Below are positions 39,530-48,586 of a stretch of 64,000 nucleotides of DNA, piece by piece. The notes under the pieces were generated by a model. It was not told the DNA's origin and searched no databases. It saw only the letters and a program-made list of their open reading frames with translations. Source of the stretch: a virus; the IMG/VR virus record IMGVR_UViG_3300017971_000228, positions 34,107 through 98,106 of that record; one strand, written 5' to 3'. Every line of letters begins with the position of its first letter. The stretch's first letter is position 1. Position numbers and translations under genes: made by a program.

Positions 39530-42500
39530 GGCCCTATGAACCCGACACCATAGTCCATGGCCATGTGCTGGAAGTGCTAAGACAGCTGCCGGACGAGAGT
39601 ATTCATTGCTGTATCACCTCACCTCCCTACTGGGGCCTACGCGCATACGGCACCCAGCTCCAGGTCTGGGGAGGGGATAGCGAGTGTCGGCATGTGTGGG
39701 GATTAGAGCAAGCGAACATCTGTCAGACCGCCGGTCTGACAGATAAGCAGATGACCAACAGGGGGAGCTATCATGGTGGAGGCACCAATAGTTTCTGTTC
39801 CCTCTGTGGTGCATGGCGTGGGGAGCTAGGACTTGAACCGTCGCCTGAACAGTTTGTTCAACACTTGGTGGAGATATTCAGGGAAGTGCGGCGGGTGTTG
39901 AGACAGGATGGGACGCTGTGGCTGAACCTCGGCCAGTCATACTGGGGTGGCAAAGGACAAAGCAATTATGCGTTCCAAGAACGGCGAGAGAGTCCATCCA
40001 TTGAAGGTAAACAGCACAACATAACCAGCATGGGGGAAACGCGACCGTCGGATGGTAGTCACGCTGTGTTCAAGCCTAAAGACCTCGTCCCCATCCCCTG
40101 GATGGTAGCGATGGCTCTTCAGCAAGATGGCTGGTGGTTGCGGTCATCCATCATCTGGTGTCTTGCTGGTGAGACTCCTCTACTATGTCGGGTTGACGGT
40201 CGGATCTGGCACGGCACCATTGAGGAGTTGCAGCGCCGATGGGCAGAGTGGCAGACAGTTGAAATGCCCACGATGGGCAAGGGCTACTCCAGGCACTGGG
40301 TCAAGGTTCGTTCTGTGGTGCAGACTGGAGTGCGTGAGGTGAAGCGCATAACTCTCACCAACGGTGCAGAGGTGCTGGCTACCGGCGACCACAAGTTTCC
40401 GGTCAGAAAGAGCACTCTGGCGGGGAGGACATTGAAGTGGATGAATGCGCCTGTCTCAGTACCAGTTAGCGATCTGAGTCCTGGAATGTACCTGTACCAG
40501 AACACACAAATTGAGTCTGGTCTCCCAGAAGGAACAGTACAGGACTACAAGAATGGATACTGGGTTGGCTTCTACTTAGCAGAAGGATATCGAGTAAGTA
40601 CGAATTATGAAACTCTCAGGTTGGCCTGCGGAACACAGGACCGAGAGATTATCAATCGGCTGATATCCTGGGGGATCCCCTTGACTGTAATTGAGAGAGA
40701 GGGGGAGCGACTAACTATCAACCTGCGCATAAGACATGGCGGGGCGGCGTGGAGGGATGTTATCCTATCTCATATAACAGGCCGAAGTGCTGCTACCAAG
40801 AAGCTTAAGCAGGACGTCTTCAACCGCAGTCTCTTATTCTTAGAAGGACTGTTGTATGGCTTTCTGGACGGGGATGGAACTTGGGATGAAGCGGGGCGTC
40901 GGTGGCGCGTCGGGATGACCGCTAAGAACAAGACCCTAGTGAATCAATTCGAGGCCATTTGCCGAATCCTGGGACTAGAGTTTCGGCGTGAGAGGATCAA
41001 GGATGTGGGGGCGTTTGGCAAGGTACATAAGGCGGTCAGATTCAACATCATCAATCTCGCAGCCAACTACCGAGGTAAGGGCAAGATCGTTGTAGAAGAT
41101 ACGGTTACTAGGAGAATCCGCAGCATTGATCCAGCAGGAAGTAGATCTGTTTACGACCTAGAACTAGAGCCGTTGTACGGTGGCGAAAGAGCGAATCAGT
41201 GGGTGCCATCTAGTGGTGAGACTTCGGATGCGAGGAAGGTTCCCTACAATCATCTCTACTTCCTTGGCAATGGCATCTGGACTCATAACTGCAAAGGATC
41301 ATCTTTCGCTACCCATCAAGCCGAGTGTCCTCACTGCAACCACAAGTTCGAGACACAGTACAGCGGATCATGTATGCCTGAGTCGGTGAAAGATCGCCCC
41401 ACTCAGAGCTACGAATACGTCTTCTTGCTGGCGAAGGACAAACGGTATTTCTATGACCAGGAAGCGGTAAGGGAACCGCACTCCCGCGACTGGTCGCGGG
41501 AGTCATGGGCACAGCAGGTCAACTATGGCACCAAGACACAGAGTTCGCTGGGGCAGCTACATGGGGGGAACAAGACAATAGCGGAGACATACAATCCTTC
41601 TGGCCGCAACTTGAGATCGGTTTGGACCATCAACCCCCATCCTTTCAATGACTGGATACAAACCGTCCGTCTGGTCCGTGTGGGACTGGATGGCGTTTCC
41701 GATGGCATGATGCACATAACGTCTCCAAGTTGTCCAGTTCATGGTTGTTTGGGTCGTCCAGATGATGGACGTGGAGAAGATGGTCAGAGCCACATATCAC
41801 GCACTGATGGTTGTCCCGACCCAGAGCCTGAGTCCTTGCTTGCTTATAGTTCCACACGTCCCTTGCTGCCGAAGCCGGGTTGTAGTTCGGGTTCGCAGGT
41901 CCACCAGTGTTCTCATGCTGCCATTGGCCATAGCAATCAAAACCACAGAACGGACCGCGCTCGGTTGACCAGTCCTTCATGTAGGCTTTGCGCTCAAAGC
42001 TCTTGCCGCATTGGCGACAAACAAGAGTTACTCGTTTGCGCTGTGCTTCATGAGAACATGCCCGACTGCAATACTTGGCCGGATGAGATGGGCGCTCGTT
42101 TACTGGATCGAATCCCTTACCACATTGTTGACAAGTCTTCATACTTGCCTCCTTCCTGTACTTGTGGATTCTATCACAAAGTTACCAAGGAGTCAAGTCA
42201 TTTCGCAACCTATCCCCCCGAACTCATCACCCCCATGATCCTTGCTGGCACTTCAGCCCGTGGGGTTTGTCCTAAGTGTGGGAGTCCGTGGGAGAGGGTG
42301 GTGAAGGGGACAGGCAATATGGTGCAACAACACTGGGCTCCTGGTACACAAGAAAAGATAGACACTGCCCAGGGTAAACACGGCAATAGCAGCGTATTCA
42401 ACACAGGGTACATCGAACAGCGGACTACTACTGGCTGGCAACCCACCTGTTCATGCGGCCACGAAGATACCGTGCCGGCTATCGTCTTGGACCCCTTCAT

Positions 42501-42627
42501 GGGCAGCGGTACGACAGCGATGGTCGCCCTGGAGAATCGTCGTCAGTTCCTGGGTATTGAACTGAATCCAGAGTATGTAGCGATGGCAGAGAACCGCATA
42601 GCGGCGGTGCAGCCGAGGATGCTATGA
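39517..42627 (+). CDS. DNA amino-methyltransferase #3 (SPPY type) carrying an intein and an in-frame insertion that encodes an antisense HNH
   Basis: TSPPYWGLR, KPKDL..IPW.VA.ALQ.DGW.LRS.IIW, MPESVKDRPT, RSVWTI, HFATYP, DPFMGSGTT. Confidence 0.9.
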   Translation: MGELGPYEPDTIVHGHVLEVLRQLPDESIHCCITSPPYWGLRAYGTQLQVWGGDSECRHVWGLEQANICQTAGLTDKQMTNRGSYHGGGTNSFCSLCGAWRGELGLEPSPEQFVQHLVEIFREVRRVLRQDGTLWLNLGQSYWGGKGQSNYAFQERRESPSIEGKQHNITSMGETRPSDGSHAVFKPKDLVPIPWMVAMALQQDGWWLRSSIIWCLAGETPLLCRVDGRIWHGTIEELQRRWAEWQTVEMPTMGKGYSRHWVKVRSVVQTGVREVKRITLTNGAEVLATGDHKFPVRKSTLAGRTLKWMNAPVSVPVSDLSPGMYLYQNTQIESGLPEGTVQDYKNGYWVGFYLAEGYRVSTNYETLRLACGTQDREIINRLISWGIPLTVIEREGERLTINLRIRHGGAAWRDVILSHITGRSAATKKLKQDVFNRSLLFLEGLLYGFLDGDGTWDEAGRRWRVGMTAKNKTLVNQFEAICRILGLEFRRERIKDVGAFGKVHKAVRFNIINLAANYRGKGKIVVEDTVTRRIRSIDPAGSRSVYDLELEPLYGGERANQWVPSSGETSDARKVPYNHLYFLGNGIWTHNCKGSSFATHQAECPHCNHKFETQYSGSCMPESVKDRPTQSYEYVFLLAKDKRYFYDQEAVREPHSRDWSRESWAQQVNYGTKTQSSLGQLHGGNKTIAETYNPSGRNLRSVWTINPHPFNDWIQTVRLVRVGLDGVSDGMMHITSPSCPVHGCLGRPDDGRGEDGQSHISRTDGCPDPEPESLLAYSSTRPLLPKPGCSSGSQVHQCSHAAIGHSNQNHRTDRARLTSPSCRLCAQSSCRIGDKQELLVCAVLHENMPDCNTWPDEMGARLLDRIPYHIVDKSSYLPPSCTCGFYHKVTKESSHFATYPPELITPMILAGTSARGVCPKCGSPWERVVKGTGNMVQQHWAPGTQEKIDTAQGKHGNSSVFNTGYIEQRTTTGWQPTCSCGHEDTVPAIVLDPFMGSGTTAMVALENRRQFLGIELNPEYVAMAENRIAAVQPRML
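40159..41289 (+). mobile_element. Intein with LAGLIDADG homing endonuclease (377 aa)
   Basis: Begins W|CLAGET; block B AT.DH.F; motifs VGFYLAEG and YGFLDGDG; VYDL; ends THN|C. Confidence 0.93.
41645..42142 (-). CDS. HNH endonuclease with N-terminal zinc fingers, nested antisense within MTase #3
   Basis: CxxC..YCSxxC and CxxC..FCxxxC fingers, NPNY, RD...C..CG...LHVHH.....N....NL.TLC.SCH...H; GGAGG SD 5 nt upstream. Confidence 0.9.
   Translation of the reverse strand: MKTCQQCGKGFDPVNERPSHPAKYCSRACSHEAQRKRVTLVCRQCGKSFERKAYMKDWSTERGPFCGFDCYGQWQHENTGGPANPNYNPASAARDVWNYKQARTQALGRDNHQCVICGSDHLLHVHHLDDPNNHELDNLETLCASCHRKRHPVPHGPDGRFVSSH
42168..42196 (-). promoter_or_regulatory. Sigma70 promoter for the nested HNH gene
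   Basis: TTGACT-17 bp-TAGAAT with a TG extension on the minus strand. Confidence 0.8.
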
Positions 42628-42751
42628 GATGGCAGCGACGTGACAAGAAGCTACGCCGGCGACGAAGCCGGATTATCAAACATGGCAAGGCGTTCGGTGA
42701 GATGGTAGCCAACGCCATACGCAAACGCAGAGACAAGACTCGGAGGAAGAA

Positions 42752-42988
42752 GTGAGACTCACGGTGTTTACGACGAATATGTGCCATGCCTGTCACGAGG
42801 CGATGGACTATCTGAGAGGACGCAATTATCAGTTTGCGGAGGTGGATATACGGAGCGCAGAAAGCATGTTACGGGTGCGCACAGGAGGGAAGAGGCCAAC
42901 AGCACCGACACTGTACGATTCAGATTCGGGAAGGCTAGTGGTGGGGTTCCAGCCTGATATGTATGACAGATTCCTGGACGGGAGATAG
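42752..42988 (+). CDS. NrdH/glutaredoxin-like protein
   Basis: FTT..CHAC, APTL, GF.PD. Confidence 0.8.
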   Translation: MRLTVFTTNMCHACHEAMDYLRGRNYQFAEVDIRSAESMLRVRTGGKRPTAPTLYDSDSGRLVVGFQPDMYDRFLDGR

Positions 42989-42990
42989 GC

Positions 42991-43641
42991 ATGCTGGCGA
43001 ACGAACGAGTGTATGAAGCGGTGGTGAATGCCGGGCGATGGGTGGATTCAGCTGAGATAGCCGATTTAGTAGGGGCCACGCGCGGGACCGCCCAGGCGCA
43101 CCTTACGAAGCTGGCCAGTCGGGGGAAGATCGTCAGGCACAAGGATGAGGTTGTCGGGGGCAACAAGTGGCAGTGGATGTATGTGTATGAGAACGGTAAG
43201 GACATCTGGAAGCTGCCCGGGGCCCCGCAGTGGACTTCAGTAAGGGAATCGGTCTATCAGACGCTATACGCTTCCGATCGGGAGATGACAACGAATGAGA
43301 TAGCCAAGTCTATGGGGAAGGGCAAGTCGTCCGTCCGGATGAGTCTGATACGGTTGCATATTCAAGGGCGAGTCAGGAAGCGGATGGAAGAACGGGTCGT
43401 CAGCGGTAGGCGGCGACAAGTGTTGGTCTGGGAAGCGGTGGAACCGAAGCCAGAAGAAGTACGGATAGATTATCATTCTCCATTGGATGACTGGTGGGCT
43501 GAAGGACAGGGAAGTGTCCGAGACGCGATAGAGCGCAACTGGGGCCGGTGGTGCGGGGTAGTAGGAGCGGGAAGCTATGCGAAAGGAGACTCGGATGCAG
43601 CGAAAGGAGGCGCGTCGAATGGTCCGGCTGGGGGCCTATGA
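42991..43641 (+). CDS. Tandem winged-helix DNA-binding protein
   Basis: Two EIA...G......L.KL...G repeats. Confidence 0.7.
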   Translation: MLANERVYEAVVNAGRWVDSAEIADLVGATRGTAQAHLTKLASRGKIVRHKDEVVGGNKWQWMYVYENGKDIWKLPGAPQWTSVRESVYQTLYASDREMTTNEIAKSMGKGKSSVRMSLIRLHIQGRVRKRMEERVVSGRRRQVLVWEAVEPKPEEVRIDYHSPLDDWWAEGQGSVRDAIERNWGRWCGVVGAGSYAKGDSDAAKGGASNGPAGGL

Positions 43642-43752
43642 GTGCGAGTACTGTGGGGTTCGCAGTCATGGTTGGCAGTTGGACGGGGTGTTTGGGGGCA
43701 GGGTGTGGGCACGGTGTCCACGGTGTGGGGCGGAACAGGTGGTGGGGAGAGT

Positions 43753-44649
43753 ATGATGATTCACAGCTACCCCAAAGTCTACAATCTGGGCCACGCTGCG
43801 ATAGCAGACCTACTCCTGGATGATGTGCTGGTCGAAGAGAAGGTGGATGGTAGCCAGTTCTCCTTTGGCCTCTTTGATGGTGAATTCCAGTGTCGGAGCA
43901 AGGGCAAGTCGCAGAATCCAGGTGAAACGGACAAGATGTTTGAGGTGGCGGTTGAACAGGCCATGTCCAGGGTGAATCTGCTGGCTCCCGATTGGACCTA
44001 TCGTGCGGAGTTCCTGAGTAAGCCGAAGCACAACACGCTGGCCTATGATCGTGTGCCTGACGGAAATTTCATACTGTTCGACGTGGATACTGGCGACCAG
44101 AGCTACATTGAGTGGGAACAGAAGGTCTCAGAGGCCGAACGGTTAGGCTTGGATGTTGTACCACGGCTGCTGGAGGGCAAGCTAGAGTCCTTTGATCAGT
44201 TCGAAGCCCTGATGGATACGCTGAGTGTCTTGGGTGGTTCCAAGGTCGAAGGCGTGGTTATCAAGAACTATCATCGGTTCGGGCGAGACGGAAAGTGTCT
44301 GATGGGGAAGTTCGTAAGTGAGAAGTTCAAGGAGGTGCATGGCAAGGACTGGAAGGTACGCAACCCTGGAGGCAAGGACATCAAGCAGTTGTTGGGTGCG
44401 AAGCTCCATAGCGAAGCGAGGTGGCACAAGGCCATCCAGCACTTGCGTGAAAACGGCGAACTGACGGATTCACCCAAGGACATTGGGCCGCTGATGAAGG
44501 AGGTGTCTAGAGACGTGATCGAAGAGTGCGGGGACCAGATTCGGGATGCGCTGTTCAAGTGGGCGTGGAAGGACATATCCCGATCTGTGACACGGGGACT
44601 GCCCGAGTGGTATAAGGAACTACTGGCAAAGGCGCAATTTGGTGAGTGA
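43753..44649 (+). CDS. RNA ligase (Rnl2-like nucleotidyltransferase)
   Basis: YPKV, EEKVDGSQFS, LFDV, EGVVIK, K.VSE.FKE. Confidence 0.85.
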   Translation: MMIHSYPKVYNLGHAAIADLLLDDVLVEEKVDGSQFSFGLFDGEFQCRSKGKSQNPGETDKMFEVAVEQAMSRVNLLAPDWTYRAEFLSKPKHNTLAYDRVPDGNFILFDVDTGDQSYIEWEQKVSEAERLGLDVVPRLLEGKLESFDQFEALMDTLSVLGGSKVEGVVIKNYHRFGRDGKCLMGKFVSEKFKEVHGKDWKVRNPGGKDIKQLLGAKLHSEARWHKAIQHLRENGELTDSPKDIGPLMKEVSRDVIEECGDQIRDALFKWAWKDISRSVTRGLPEWYKELLAKAQFGE

Positions 44650-44674
44650 ACAAGACAAGAAAGGAGCGAATGAG

Positions 44675-45058
44675 ATGTACCAGAAGGTGATCATAGCGGG
44701 GAATCTCGGAGGCGAAGTCGATCTAAGGTACACCCCACAAGGTACGCCGGTCTGCAACTTCTCCGTAGCCACCAACGAGAGTTGGACTTCGGACGGGGAG
44801 CAGCAGGAACGCACCACCTGGTTCCGGGTAACGTGCTGGCGCCGGTTGGCAGAGATCTGCGGCCAGTATCTATCCAAGGGCCGGCAGGTACTGGTGGAGG
44901 GGCGCATGAACCCTGATCCTGATACCGGCGGTCCGCGGATCTGGACGGGCAACGACGGCGAACCAAGAGCATCCTACGAGGTCACGGCCATGACGGTGAA
45001 GTTCCTGGGGGGACGGGACAGCGCACAGGAAGCGGATGAATCCGAGATTCCGTTCTAG
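44675..45058 (+). CDS. ssb: Single-stranded DNA-binding protein
   Basis: GNLG....LRYTP.G..V.NFSVAT, YLSKG..V.VEGR, acidic IPF tail. Confidence 0.95.
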   Translation: MYQKVIIAGNLGGEVDLRYTPQGTPVCNFSVATNESWTSDGEQQERTTWFRVTCWRRLAEICGQYLSKGRQVLVEGRMNPDPDTGGPRIWTGNDGEPRASYEVTAMTVKFLGGRDSAQEADESEIPF

Positions 45059-45075
45059 GGCAAGGGGAGGGAGCG

Positions 45076-45354
45076 ATGGAAACGAACGGGAAGTTGGAAG
45101 CGGCAGTAGAACACGTAACGGGGAAGATGTCGTGGCAGCAGGTGGTCCAGCGACAACCTTACACGTGTGTGGTGACGGAATATATCGGGGCGTTGGACGG
45201 GAAGATGAAGGTGTATACAGGGCGTGGATTTTCAAAGTGCCAGCATCCTGATGTGTATAACGCGGATGAAGGCAAGGCGCGGGCGTGGGACAAGGCTAGG
45301 GCTGACATCGCCCGTCAGTTGGTAGCGGATGGGTGGGAGCCGGAAGGAGCATAG
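45076..45354 (+). CDS. Hypothetical protein
   Basis: G.SKC...D.YN...G...A motif seen in phage proteins. Confidence 0.55.
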   Translation: METNGKLEAAVEHVTGKMSWQQVVQRQPYTCVVTEYIGALDGKMKVYTGRGFSKCQHPDVYNADEGKARAWDKARADIARQLVADGWEPEGA

Positions 45355-45357
45355 GTC

Positions 45358-45702
45358 ATGGGCAGGTATATCGTCAAGTTGGGAGAGTTTTATCTGGAGT
45401 GGTCCACTATCACGGACAGTCCCGTGACCTTTGGCATGATGGAGAAGGAGTTTCGTGAGTACTATAAGGCAGAATACGGAAGAGCTGGTCTTCGAGGGCT
45501 AGATACCCGATTAACGCGGACCAAGGCGTATGGCACAAGTTCGTGGGATCCAAAGATGACCGCGTCCCGACTCTTCCGAGGCAACCGAGCTGGCCCGGAT
45601 GGGGGCGAGTTGACTAAAGACGAGGTATATCGGGCATACTGCCGACATGAATCTATCAGAGATGGATGGGTCGTGCCGATAGCAGGGGGATCTAGTGCCT
45701 AG
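45358..45702 (+). CDS. Hypothetical protein
   Basis: YLEWSTI.D.P...G, NRAGP motif. Confidence 0.55.
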   Translation: MGRYIVKLGEFYLEWSTITDSPVTFGMMEKEFREYYKAEYGRAGLRGLDTRLTRTKAYGTSSWDPKMTASRLFRGNRAGPDGGELTKDEVYRAYCRHESIRDGWVVPIAGGSSA

Positions 45703-46237
45703 CAGCATCGAGACGGAACGGCCCATCGCCCAGCCCAGCGTGAGTGCAAACGTCCTCGTTCCCTTTCTGCAGGCAATCATCCTGTCGGTGTCTTCATCGG
45801 TGCCGGCGACGTGGCTGCTGATAGAAGCGGAAGTGGTAAAGGGGTGGTGGCCTGCCTGGGCGGTCGTGGCGGGGCTGTTCTTCGGGATCGCCTTCATGCG
45901 TCGATCCAACGCGGCTGAAGAGACGCTTTGGGTGGTCGAGAGGGTACTCGGTGTGGATCTGGATGGTGACAAGCAGGTCGGTGAACCGATTATCATTCAG
46001 GGTACTTCGCCCATCCAGCGCAAGCGAGCGGACTTCATGACGTTCCTTCGGGCCATTCAAGCGACGGGTGACACGTCCCGCGAGCGGTTCGAGAGTAGCC
46101 TTGGCAGGGCCAGGTACGAAGAGTTCCGAGATGTGCTACTCCGTGCTGGCCTTGCTGAGTGGCGATCTGATGACAACCATCGTCTGGGCTGGGACTGGAT
46201 CGGGAATGCCGAAGAAGTGATCCGGCAGTTGACATAA
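45695..46237 (+). CDS. Membrane protein with DLDGD loop
   Basis: Two TM helices, GVDLDGDKQVG. Confidence 0.55.
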   Translation: MPSSIETERPIAQPSVSANVLVPFLQAIILSVSSSVPATWLLIEAEVVKGWWPAWAVVAGLFFGIAFMRRSNAAEETLWVVERVLGVDLDGDKQVGEPIIIQGTSPIQRKRADFMTFLRAIQATGDTSRERFESSLGRARYEEFRDVLLRAGLAEWRSDDNHRLGWDWIGNAEEVIRQLT

Positions 46238-46412
46238 GCCGTGGGTAGTTGGTTGGGTTGACGGTATGCCAAGGGATTTCCAAGAGGGAAGGTGAGTAGG
46301 GGGGTATGATACGACGCATCGGTTGGGGCTGGTTCCTAGCGCATTGTACGGTAGCAGTGCTGATGTGGGCGCTGATGATTAGCGGGGTGATGTATTGGGT
46401 AGAGCGGATACT

Positions 46413-47966
46413 GTGAGTTGGAAGGTGGAGTGTGCGGACGTATTGGACTGGGCGGAGCGGTACGATGGAAAGAAGTTCCACGCCCTCTTGTGTGATCCAC
46501 CTTATGAGCTTGGTTTCATGGGCAAGGATTGGGATCGGAGCGGGATAGCCTTCAACCCTGACACCTGGGCGGCTCTAGCAGAGCACTTGTATCCAGGGGC
46601 GTTTGGGATGGCGTTCGCCAGCAGTCGGGGCTGGCATAGGCTTGCGGTGGCGATAGAGGACGCGGGGCTTAGGATACACCCATCCATTTTCATGCTCGGA
46701 TGGAGTTATGGGAGCGGATTCCCCAAAGCGACCAACATATCGGGTTGGATTGACAAGAGTGCTGGACATCCACCAAGGGGACATCGGATAGCGGTAGCAT
46801 CTCGTTATCATCCCGATGGCACATTTGAACCCAATGGGGAGAATCTTCCCCCACATGAGTATAAGGAACCAATGGCAAGAGTCTGGCAGTCTCACCGTTA
46901 CGGATTGCAGGCGATGAAACCCGCCCTTGAGCCCATCATCGTCTTCCAAAAACCCTACCCCAAAGGCAAGAAGACGTGGGAGAGCATCGTGGAGACTGGA
47001 GCGGGGGCTTTGAATATAGACGGGGGGCGGATAGCGACTGATGAGAATTGGTCTTATCCGAACGGTCCAGGAGGCTGCAAGTCTAGCCAATTTCATTATC
47101 AAGGTCGAGCTACAAAACCAGCAGAGAGTCATTCTCAGGGCCGCTGGCCACCCAATTTCTGCCTCATTCATTCCCCAGAGTGCGAGCGGGTTGGGGAGAA
47201 GAAGATTGAGAGCAAGAGCAGGGCGACGGCTGGGGGTAGGCGTAAGGGTGGACAAGCCTACGGTGACTATAAGGGGTATGAGAATCCACCAGAGATCGGT
47301 TACGCCGACTCCGACGGCCTCGAAACCATCTCCGACTGGCGGTGTGTTCCTGAGTGTCCAGTGTATCGTCTTGGACTCCAAAGTGGGGAGAGGGCTGGGC
47401 CGTGGGGGAAGGAAAGTGAAAGTACTCGGGATACGAGCTGGTTCAGTGGAAGGACTGACAGCTATGGCAAACTCTATCGTGATACCGGTACTGCCGCCCG
47501 TTTCTTTCATCAATCCGACTGGAGCTATGAGATCGCTGAACGTCTAGCGATGACGGATCCGGTGAGGTACTGTGCGAAGGCGGGAAGGAAGGAGAGAGAT
47601 GCGGGGTTGGATGAATGGGAAGCCAAGATGCCAGGACCAGAAACATTGACGGCTGGAATTGAACGCAAGAACGCTAAGCGGCGGCCTGAGCGTAGGTCCA
47701 AGAACCCTATGCGCAACCCTCATCCTACTGTCAAACCCATCTCTCTAGCCAAATGGCTGGCTACGCTACTTCTACCGCCAGTCGAATACGCTCCCCGACG
47801 GATTCTCATTCCTTTTCTTGGAAGTGGCAGTGAAGCGATAGGTGCTGGCCTGGTAGGTTGGGAGTTTATCCTAGGTATTGAGATGGGCGCCGACACGGTA
47901 GAGATTGCTGAAGCGCGGTTGCGTCACTGGCTAGACAAGCCACGACAAGCGGAGATGGACTTGTGA
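46413..47966 (+). CDS. DNA amino-methyltransferase #4
   Basis: CDPPYELGFMGKDWD, AIEDAG, YGSGFPK, KPALEPI, HPTVKP, PFLGSGSE. Confidence 0.92.
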   Translation: MSWKVECADVLDWAERYDGKKFHALLCDPPYELGFMGKDWDRSGIAFNPDTWAALAEHLYPGAFGMAFASSRGWHRLAVAIEDAGLRIHPSIFMLGWSYGSGFPKATNISGWIDKSAGHPPRGHRIAVASRYHPDGTFEPNGENLPPHEYKEPMARVWQSHRYGLQAMKPALEPIIVFQKPYPKGKKTWESIVETGAGALNIDGGRIATDENWSYPNGPGGCKSSQFHYQGRATKPAESHSQGRWPPNFCLIHSPECERVGEKKIESKSRATAGGRRKGGQAYGDYKGYENPPEIGYADSDGLETISDWRCVPECPVYRLGLQSGERAGPWGKESESTRDTSWFSGRTDSYGKLYRDTGTAARFFHQSDWSYEIAERLAMTDPVRYCAKAGRKERDAGLDEWEAKMPGPETLTAGIERKNAKRRPERRSKNPMRNPHPTVKPISLAKWLATLLLPPVEYAPRRILIPFLGSGSEAIGAGLVGWEFILGIEMGADTVEIAEARLRHWLDKPRQAEMDL

Positions 47967-48364
47967 TGATCCTGGATCCCCAAGAGATGGACGTGAAGCT
48001 GAACAGTAAGAAGCAGGTAGGTGAGTGGCAGCACACGCTTCGCAAACATCTCTACCAAGTTCGGGGTGGGTGCTGCGACAAGTGTGGTAGGCTTTTGTCC
48101 CTGCATGCCTTCAGGGGATTGCCAAACGCAGTTGAAACCCACGAAGCTATAGCTTCGAAGGCAGATGTGAGGGGGTGGAGGTTGCCACGGAAGGCATGGA
48201 TCTTCACAGAAGTAAACACGCTAGTTCTATGTCCTACCTGTCACAGACCACAACCGCCGACTAGGCAGTGGTCATGGGACTATATGTGTGAACGCTACGG
48301 AGTCGAGGCGATGGAACGATGGTACTACGGGCTTCCCTGGAAGGTGAAGCCAAGGAGGTTCTGA
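47963..48364 (+). CDS. HNH-like zinc-binding protein
   Basis: CDKCG...THE...N..VLCPTCH. Confidence 0.65.
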   Translation: MMILDPQEMDVKLNSKKQVGEWQHTLRKHLYQVRGGCCDKCGRLLSLHAFRGLPNAVETHEAIASKADVRGWRLPRKAWIFTEVNTLVLCPTCHRPQPPTRQWSWDYMCERYGVEAMERWYYGLPWKVKPRRF

Positions 48365-48586
48365 TGATAGAGTGGATTCTGGTGGTGGTTCTGTATGAGC
48401 TGATGCTGATAGTGCGGGATCTGGGGGAGGTGTGGGAATCATGATCGCGTGGTGGGTGCTGATTCCGGCAGGGGTGGTGTGTTTCGTAGGTGGTTTGATA
48501 TTGGGCTATCTGTCCACGCTGAGGGCGTGTGAGGATCTGGGGCGGATGCAGGACTGGGTGAATGAGGTGGCGAGGAGGAGTGGGAT

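Noticed and set aside
41647-42186. Second intein or group I intron
   Set aside because: No Cys/Ser start, His-Asn end or Hint blocks. The insert is fully occupied by the antisense HNH and its promoter, leaving no evident room for a ribozyme core. Not formally excluded.
46575-47513. 312-aa antisense ORF in MTase #4 as a second nested gene
   Set aside because: No recognisable domain, SD or promoter; it overlaps conserved MTase motifs and looks like a shadow ORF.
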